From contig NC_043000.1 of NCBI RefSeq assembly GCF_006345805.1, positions 61,194,001 to 61,258,000 on the forward strand: a stretch of 64,000 nucleotides of DNA, in the 5' to 3' direction. Shown piece after piece: positions 55,416-64,000 of this stretch (positions within the stretch are counted from its first letter, which is position 1; the number at the start of each line of letters is the position of its first letter). Source of the stretch: Octopus sinensis (taxonomy: Eukaryota). The position numbers were made by a program, and so were the translations under genes. Below the pieces are notes generated by a model. That model was not told where the DNA came from. It was given only the letters and a program-made list of their open reading frames with translations, and searched no databases.

Positions 55416-55634
55416 ATATATAAAGTTCACTCACACATACACATATAAACAGCCAACAACAACAACACACACACACACACAAAACACACACGCATATGGT
55501 ATTACACACACACATAAACTTGCACGCAAGTAGATACTCACACATATATACAGAAGCCTCATTCTCTTACACACCTCTGTCTTTAGAAAGTACTTTTTCT
55601 TCACCCATTCCCTTCCGGTCATTTCAAAATGTTA

Positions 55635-55835
55635 CCACATGTGAATCGTTGGCGATGTTTTTTCCCCGTCTTTCTTTTCTCTTGAACTTTCCTCCGTCTC
55701 CTGTTTCTGACGAAGAGCTTTGCTCGAAACGTAAAAGCTACCTTTCTTTCCTTCCCTGAGCGTCTGCTAATACTGTGTATGTACCACGTCTTCACGTTGT
55801 TGTGTGTTTTTATTATTTTGGATTTACTATTTTAT

Positions 55836-55840
<5 letters not shown>
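55635..55840 (+). mobile_element. ~200-bp hammerhead-bearing element (copy 2)
   Basis: Homologous to 19375-19580; intact catalytic core at 55707-55733. Confidence 0.7.
55703..55737 (+). ncRNA. Minimal type-I hammerhead ribozyme motif
   Basis: gTTT-CTGACGA-A-GAGC TTT GCTC-GAA-ACGT-A-AAAg: intact core, 4-bp stem II, palindromic ACGT stem III, GUA site, 3-bp stem I. Confidence 0.65.
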
Positions 55841-55878
<38 letters not shown>

Positions 55879-55881
<3 letters not shown>

Positions 55882-56262
55882 CTTTTACTGCTTTAGTCAT
55901 TTGACTGCGGCCATGCTGGAGCACCGCCTTTAATCGAGCAACTCGATCCGGGACTTATTCTTTTGTAAGCCCAGTACTTATTCTATCGGTCTCTTTAGCT
56001 GAACCGCTATGTAACGGGGACATAAACACACCAGCATCGGTTGTCAAGCAATGCTAGGGGGACAAACACAGACACACAAACACACACACGCATATATATA
56101 TATATATACATATATACGACGGGCTTCTTTCAGTTTCCATCTACCAAATCCACTCACAAGGCTTTGGTCCGCCCGAGGCTATAGTAGAAGACACTTACCC
56201 AAGGTGCCACACAGTGGGACTGAACCCGGAACCATGTGGTTGGTAAACAAGCTACTTACCAC
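55879..56262 (-). mobile_element. SINE A, near consensus, head 5'-truncated
   Basis: Includes cttacccaaggtgcc (reverse complement of the CORE-like ggcaccttgggtaagtg). Confidence 0.92.
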
Positions 56263-56264
56263 AG

Positions 56265-56875
56265 AGTTTTCTTTTGTATTTGTACAATTTGATTCCAAGT
56301 CTCACCCAGAGACCTCAAGAGATAAAAAGTTAGAACTTCAAGTTGGTATTACGCCTATTTGGTCTTGCACATAGTGTTGTTTTAGAGAAGTTAAAATTTG
56401 AGATTATATAGGTAGTATTTTACGTAGGATATGGGCAGCTCCCATGAGCACTATCTTTTGAATTTCTGCTATTTTGGGGTTTCCTGGTATCTGAACTAGG
56501 TAGGAATCAGCCCCTAACATTCCTGAAAGTGGTTTATGTTCTCACCAGTTTTTATCATTGTGCAGATCCAGGTTTTTGCAAATTACCCAGTGAATATACT
56601 GTGCTGTTCTATCATGCCTGTTGAGATACTCTGTAGGCGCAAGAAGAGAGCACATGGAGGCAACATGGTCAATGGTTTCATTTTGTTGTTTACATACACG
56701 ACATGTTGGGCTACTGCTTTTTTTTAATAGTTCCTTGTAAGTAGGCATTGATCTTGGGCTGCTATAATAAAGCTTTCTGTTTCAGATTTTAAGCCAGAAA
56801 ACACTAACCATTAATGGGTAAAGGCTTTGTCAACGTCGGCATTATTAGCTCTCTTTGGGTATTTGCCATCGAGAG
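56265..56875 (-). mobile_element. R4/Dong-type LINE 3' end (Zn knuckle; RLE core deleted)
   Basis: GKYPKRANNADVDK..GLKSETESFIIAAQDQ; PTCRVCKQQNETIDHVASMCSLLAPTEYLNRHDRTAQYIHW; then EIQKIVLMGAAHILRKIL* and a 3' UTR. Confidence 0.9.
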
Positions 56876-56876
56876 G

Positions 56877-56877
<1 letters not shown>

Positions 56878-56928
<51 letters not shown>

Positions 56929-56966
56929 GCTACTACTACTACTACACTACTACTACTACTACTACT
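56878..56966. repeat. (TAC)n microsatellite
   Basis: Directly visible; abuts the LINE 5' junction. Confidence 0.95.
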
Positions 56967-57386
56967 ATGGTAATTTTTCTTTCAGTGTAGCAAAATTAGA
57001 TAAGTTCAAATTGAGCAACAATCACATCTAATTCTCCAGTCTAGTACAGGTTACAAAACATCATCGGCATTGACAAATTCCTCCTCCAGCTAAAAGAAGA
57101 TGCATAGAGTTGATGCTTTAGGTACAATAAATATTTTTGAAGGGGGTTCACAAAGGAATCCTTTAATATTCACAACTTTTGTATGAATATTAGCGTAAAA
57201 ACGATAAAACCTAGTGAAATGGTTTTAAGCATAAGTTTATATCTATTACAGCCTCGACTCCATAGGAAATAACACAGTTTCCTCTTCCTTCTTTTTTAAT
57301 GTGCCTACTGAGAGATGGTGAAAGGACTGATAGGGGCGCGATTTATACGCCCCTTTCTTGCTCCCATCAGTGTAACTAATACTGAG

Positions 57387-57441
<55 letters not shown>

Positions 57442-58060
57442 ATGAAGGAGCGGAAAATAGAGGGAGAGGATGCCGCCCCTGTACTTGATCGGTACTCTAT
57501 TGACTTCACAAGCATGATAAAGAACAGTGTCGTTTTCGGCAGGATTTGAAGAGCCAGAATGAATACTAAGAAAACATTCTATCAAAGGCTGAAACAACTG
57601 CCAATTCGCTGCTTTGGTAGTTGGTGCTAAAACCTATTACACATACATACACACAAGATACACAGATTCAAAGTCAAAAGTTATACAGATCGACTGAGAA
57701 AATGTAAACGAAAGACGATATGATTTAGTCGGTCAGTCAGTTTCTTGTTTCTGCTAACATTGCCACCGTTTCCATGACAATATATATATCGATTGCTCAT
57801 ACTGGTATACAAAACCAGAAATGTATTCTAGAGTTGTGGCATACTCATACTTTGTTGTTATGTAACCCCAAATCAGTACACGTTAAAACCTTGCAATTCT
57901 TTATTTTATTTTAGGGTTAGTGTATCTAAGATTACATTATTCAGTACCTGCTTTCTTTCTTTTAAAGATGATAATGTGAAAGCCAATCAAATTCCCTTAA
58001 GACAATCGCATTTACCTACTAAAAATAACGAAAGAATTCCCCCCAAAATCATATCCTGCC

Positions 58061-58130
<70 letters not shown>

Positions 58131-58133
<3 letters not shown>

Positions 58134-58440
58134 CGTGATCACCGTGACCGATCAGGCTATCAGATGTTGTTACACATCGCTGGTCACAATGCGCTTCGCA
58201 TTGTTTTACCCTTCAAATGACGCCACCCCGCTGGCTAAGCGAGCAGGCCAAAAGAAGAAAGAGTGAGAGAAAGTTGTGGCGAAAGAGTACAGCAGGGATC
58301 GCCACCACCCCCTGCCGGAGCCTCGTGGAGCTATGAGGTGTTTTTGTTTAATAAACACTCGCAACGCCCAGTCTGGCAATCGAAACCACGATCCTACGAC
58401 CGCGTGTCCACTGCCCTAACCACTGGGCCATTGCACCTCC
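58131..58440 (-). mobile_element. Full-length SINE C
   Basis: Reverse complement begins ggaggtgcaatggcccagtggttagggcag...ggtttcgattgcc and ends (cacggtgat)2. Confidence 0.9.
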
Positions 58441-59946
58441 ACACACACACACACACACACGTGCGCGCGCACGCACACATACATATATCTGTGTATGTGT
58501 TGTGTATAAGTGTGTGTGTATTCCGGTCAGTACATCATGTTAAACCATTAATCCCAACACATTTTTTCTCTCTTCGTTTTTTCTTTCTCTTTCCATTTTT
58601 CTTCACTTATCCCTTTCTGTCAAAGAGTGTAGGCTTGAAACATCAAACTGCTTGTTGTTTCCTCATTTGTCTTAGTATTTTGCTTTCTGTACTTTTGGAC
58701 AATATATATATTATTCTATTGAAAACATTAATGAACAACATTAATTCGACCGGACGTTTGATCAAATATTTCTGAAATTATTGACAACGGAGCCTTGCAT
58801 TGTACAGCGCATCGGTCCATCGACATTCATTGACTCGTCCTTGTCTTAGTTTTGACGGCTTTTGTAATATGTTGGGTAAGAAAATATTGCTAACATTTAG
58901 TTTAATTATTCTCCAATTTCTAAAGAATGAAACACTGTGAGTAGTTTCCTATGACCTTCTCACAGTGCTATGTACAAATTATGAGGCAAAAAAGAAAGAA
59001 GAAAAAAGAAAGAGATAATGAAAATAGGGAAAGAGGCGGGGAGATGCTTCTACTTGACATCAGAACAGTGAAAAGCAATGTTGATCCTTGAGAGTTTTGA
59101 ATTTAAAGTACAAAAATCCATAACAGTTACCGCTAACCATTAATAATTGTCCAACCAATTAAAAATTCAGTCAATCGACTCTCTTAATCATATGCAAACA
59201 GAATAAATGAAATAAAATGAAGAGAAAAATTTTTGATTAGGGGTTAGCAGAATGGTTAGAGCGTTGGACAGATACCTTGTGATATTTAGTTATGATCTGA
59301 GTTAAAATCCGTTCGTAATTGGTAAAGTGCCAGCAAAGTATGAAGTAACGTAGGTGAGAATACAATTAAAATAGAAGGCTAATGGAATCAAATCAATACG
59401 CTAAATATTACACACATGGAACAAAAGTATTCTGCTTTCGAATTTAGTCTCGTAAAACAAATAGTAGTTGTCGGATTTTTCTGTTGCCGTCACAGTTTTC
59501 TATTTTTTGATTTTTTTTCCAAATGTTTTCCGATTTGGTGTTCTGGTGTAGTTTTGTATGCTAATTATAGAAACGAAATTAATTTTTGCCATTAATTAAT
59601 AAATAATAAGTTAATAGCTTTTAAAATTTAGCAAATTTTAGTCAGTCGAAAGCCACGGACACATTGCTGCCTGTTTTCATAGTAACATGTTGTTGTCTGC
59701 TTACAACCACCTCTACTTTGTTTTTATACCTATCTATCTCTATTTTCTAAACTTTAATTTTTGAAATTTTCCCACAAAAGTTGTATTAATTGTTTACATG
59801 AATTGAACTATTACTATAGTATAACGTACAGTTTGTCTTTTTTGTAATCTCTCGTCAAAAGAATTTCATTGATAATTTTTCCTTTTTAAAAAGTTTATAT
59901 CCCTGTTCGTTTGTTTTGTACTATTTTATCATACAGAAGAACTTAT

Positions 59947-60520
59947 GGGTCTTTTCTGTTGCTGTCACAGTTTTTGAAATTTTAAAATTCAGTGAAAATT
60001 TTCAGTTTAGTATATTGATGTAATTTTTCACGTTGAATTTGATTTTGTTATTCACTTTTCCAGAAAAATTTTAGAATAGTGTTCACTAAAAACATCTAAC
60101 CAATTCATCAGCCCCAAATCACCCACTGGTCGAGCAGATCCTAAACCTTAACTCTAATCTTAAATCTTAATTATATCCTTAAGCCTCAACCCTGAACGTC
60201 AAGCCCAAATTCTAACTTTCAGTTCCAACCCTAACCCTTAGCCCTAACGTACAGTTTGTTTTGTAATTTTCCGCAGCGAAAAGATTTGTTGGGGATTTTT
60301 TTCCTTTTTAAATCATCTACATGACTGCTCAACCGTTTCATATGCTTTTATCCATTAAAACTTATTAAAACCACAAAATTTCCTATAACTTTTATCATCG
60401 TAATGTTTTGCTTTCATTTTGTTTAATAATTTGTCGTCTTAATTACATCAATGTACCTAATTTGAAAAGTTTCACTTAATTTTGAAATTTCAAAAACTGT
60501 GACAGCAACAGAAAAGACCC
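59947..60520. mobile_element. 574-bp non-autonomous TIR element (MITE-like) with degenerate telomere-like internal repeats
   Basis: gggtcttttctgttgctgtcacagtttttgaaattt (59947-59982) is the perfect reverse complement of 60485-60520; related left end at ~59470; aaccctaaccct at ~60227. Confidence 0.8.
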
Positions 60521-60719
60521 TAGTTTTCTTTCAGTCAGCGGCGGAACTCTGCTTCAGTTCGGATAACTGATTATAATCTTGTCATCTAAACGAATATATA
60601 AAACGAAAAAAATTCTCACACGAGACAACGAAACAGCTTCGAACGAATAAAGTTTGCTACTTATATATGGAGTACTTGAATACACTTTCTCCATTTGTAC
60701 ATTTAATATAAGCATGTTA

Positions 60720-60920
60720 TGTACGTATGTATGTATGTATGTATGTATGTATGTATGTATGTATGTATGTATGTATGTATGTATGTATGTATGTATGCAT
60801 GCATGTATGTATGTATGTATGTATGTATGTATGTATGTATGTACGCATGTATGTATGTATGCATGTATGTATGTATGTGTGTATGTATGTATGTGTGTGT
60901 ATGTGTGTGTGTGAGTGTGT
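60720..60920. repeat. (TATG)n microsatellite
   Basis: Directly visible. Confidence 0.95.
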
Positions 60921-62769
60921 ACACACTCATTTTGTAGCAATTGTATGTTTGAGATGTAATTTCATAGATGTCTCTAAGATAATTTATATTTCGCGATGTC
61001 TGCAATAACATTATATGGAAACAGAATATTCGGTTTGTAATATTTAGTTTTCTTGGGAGAAATACTTTCACTAAAAGAAAAAAATCAATAATGCACTAGT
61101 TGTGAAGAGTTCTTCTCTTACAATAGTTTGAAAAAAAGAAAATTTGTTGCAATACCAAGTTAAATAAAATTTTTCATGTGTAACCCGTTATTGATGCTGT
61201 TGTCAAATCCCTAGTCTCTCTCATCTAGTAGACTGAGATTTTATTATCGTTACCAAGTAGATGTTTTATTTATTTATTTATTTATTAAATTTTAGAGAAC
61301 GATTAATTCTACTACCTTAACTGTCGTAAGGCAGTTATTTTCATACCGAATTCAAGCAAAATATATTTGAGATATTATTCAAATGTCAATGTTTATCAAC
61401 TTACTGTAAGGTACCAGGAGCCAAATAACTTCAAATTACATTAGTTTATATTTATTATTTGTTATTTAACAGCGGTAGTTTTAATCTGTGGCTATTTTAA
61501 AAATCTGAAAAGTAATGTCTATGCGTTCATTATAAGCAATAATTCTCATTATGGCTGACCTGGGATAAACAACTTTTGAAGTAGTTCTTCAAAACTTGTA
61601 GTCAATATTATTAGTCAATATTATTAGTCCAATAACTGCCATATGATGGCAGTTATTGGACTAATAATCGGTTGTTATTAATTCTGTACTTTTAATAAAA
61701 GTTCATACGTCATGATAACATAATGCTGAAGAAGCTTTAATATTGAAGCAGCCGAAAAAACAAACGAATAAGTCAATAAAACTGCCGATAAATTAATTAA
61801 GGCTTTCTATGATATCACTTATGACCAATTAATGAATTAATCTTGGTTGTATCATTATTGCTATACGAAGTTAATTTCTTACCGTATAAAGTAATAGATT
61901 CTGGAGTTTTTCATGTTAAATGGCCAATTATATCTTGACTGTTCGAATAAGGAGATACGAAGTTCAATGTATGTTTCTAATTTAAAATTTAGCCGTAAAT
62001 ATTGTCACTATTTTCCCAGTTCACCCCTGATTGAGCGAATCTTATATCAAAGGCATCACCGTTGTGACCATTTACTTTTTCTCTAGCTATAGGAAATCCT
62101 GAAGTACCGTGTTCAAAGTTACTTTCCCTTCTAAAGACAGCAACTGGTGATTTGGTTGATGTATCTATCACGTCGAGCTACTACATAAAAGCTTTGATTC
62201 GTCCTCACGAAGATGGACAACTGGAGCGGATGATAAAGATTGGCTTTTGATAATGAACATTCGATGAAAACGTTGTATATTTGGCCGAGTCACGCGCTAT
62301 TGAATTTATTCCTATATCCTCTTTTATATCTAACAGCATTAAAATTGGCCGCCGTATAGGTGTTCATTATAATCTAATACAGCAATACTCTACTCCAATA
62401 TAAATCGGAATGGAATGCGAATTCAATATAGCATGTTTAACAAATTGCCAATAGGACTCTCCTGAACTGCTAAAATATACATTTCAATAAACGATCAAAT
62501 CTATTGTCGAAACATTGAAAAGACATGAATATTACGAACAATAAAAATCATTTCCATTTTATAAATGAAAAGAACTGTTGTTTCATGTGAGGTTTACTAG
62601 TAGAATCTCTGATGATATTTTATTGAGTTCCATTGTATTAATCGGAAACAATCTTAAGTGCAATAAGTTTGATAAGTTCATGTATAGTAGGGACACCAAC
62701 AACAGCGGCTTTTGAACTAAGAACATAAAGATGGACAAAATGCCTCTAAGCTCACCGCTTTACTCCTGC

Positions 62770-62985
62770 CATAACTATTGGTTTCAAATTATGGCATGGG
62801 GCAGTTTGGGGGGAGCTGTCAAGTCGATGAAATTGACCCCAATACTCAGCAAATACTTATTTTATCGAAATGATAAAAGGCAAAGTCAATCTCGGAGGAA
62901 TTTGAATCAGAACATAGAGAGGGATGAAATGCTGCTAGGCATCTTGCCCGGCGTGCTAAAGATTCTGCCGGCTCGCAGCCTTACA
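62770..62985 (-). mobile_element. SINE B (degraded)
   Basis: aaaggcaaagtcaatctcggaggaatttgaatcagaac...cttgcccggcgtgctaa; another fragment at ~63395-63545. Confidence 0.8.
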
Positions 62986-64000
62986 TCTGCCATAAATATT
63001 GATATATTCTCTGATGAAGATGCCTGTCACCTTGTGGTAAATGAACGTATCCAAAACTTGTATTTAACTCGCTCATCCGTTCCATATAGCTTTGTAAATA
63101 GATAAAATGAAAAAGTACAATAAACTTTGTTAATCATAAGGGGTACTCCATAAGAAACAGTGCTAAGTTCCAGATACTTCTTGTGGATTCTCTGTTGATC
63201 ATCGTAACAAAAATTGATTTCTCTGGCCGACTGAATTTCTACTCGTGAAATTGATGTGTATTCTACAGGTACATGTACCATTAATATAATTCTCAAGACG
63301 TATAGGTGTGACGTAATTTAACAAGGCTGGACCTCTGAAATTCCGGTACACACCATACAAAAAAGAAGACAGAGTGAGTGAGAGACGGAGAGAGAAAGGA
63401 GAGAAAGAGGTGAATCCATCTTAGTACTGGATTGGTACTTATTTATTGACCTATAAAATGGCAGAAAATCAATGTTGACAATTGCAGATTTAAAATTTAG
63501 TGCGCGGAAAACCGGAACGAATGCCGCAAGGTATTCATTCTGACACTATTTTGCCAAATTGTCACCTTCCCCCTTCCTCAGTGGTTCGAAAAGTTAAGAA
63601 ATCTGCTGAAATATATTTTCCTTAAAAGTCCTATAAATGTTTCATTTGCAGTGTTTCCATAAGTCATCTACAGTAGTACGACCATCTGTTACATGTACGT
63701 TTGAGCTTGTTCCCTGCTAAAACGATTCTGATAATTGTATGCAACGTCATGCTAGAAGTCTACTAAATTCTTACTGCAGGTTTCCCAAATTCTAACATTA
63801 CTTACACATGCAGTGTAACACTTCTTATCAACAACACAATGAAAGCTAAAAGAGAAAAAATATCGGAAAAATTTAATGTTTCTGCATTGTAGAAAGTAGT
63901 GCATTATAGAATGAAAACAAATGGTTCTCACTGAGATAGAAATCTAGTTTAAAGACTTCCTTTAGTAACAAGTAAGTGTGTGACCACAATTCTTCGTTCT

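Noticed and set aside
62087-62250. Plus-strand terminal-exon candidate (IGNPEVPCSKLLSLLKTATG...IKIGF*) and the antisense ORF 61989-62171
   Set aside because: The segment and its polypyrimidine tract resemble a decayed interspersed repeat also seen at ~17110 (gatttggctgctatttcta) and, inverted, at ~11660-11850.
63015-63050. CTGATGAAGATG...GAACGTA and similar strings at 34866 and 50040-50070
   Set aside because: The GAAA is missing or incomplete and there are no supporting stems.

Overview
This is AT-rich eukaryotic, mostly non-coding DNA, very dense in microsatellites ((TA)n, (CA)n, (TATC)n, (TATG)n, (TTA)n, (TAC)n) and interspersed repeats. The repeat inventory points to an Octopus (cephalopod) intron or intergenic region; that assignment is inference from recalled SINE families. 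Almost all ORF-track entries are microsatellite translations. I cannot confidently identify any host protein-coding gene; only weak exon candidates exist. Recognisable content: (i) three tRNA-derived SINE families in many, often nested copies (A = CORE-like with an internal microsatellite; B = Meta/Sauria-like central domain with two alternative tails; C = tRNA-Arg-like); (ii) decayed non-LTR retrotransposons (R4/Dong-type 50.2-52.6 kb and 56.3-56.9 kb, RTE/BovB-type 13.8-14.2 kb, L1/Tx1-type 32.7-33.4 kb); (iii) Tc1 and mariner remnants and a 574-bp TIR element. The most interesting signal is self-cleaving-RNA architecture. Three unrelated short (170-330 bp) non-coding elements each carry a minimal type-I hammerhead fold with a palindromic stem III, and one of them has a compensated G3-C8 core swap. 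A decayed HDV-like fold sits at the 5' end of the R4/Dong element. SINE B shares its 3' tail with the Tx1-type LINE in the same window. All folds and alignments were done by eye and are untested.
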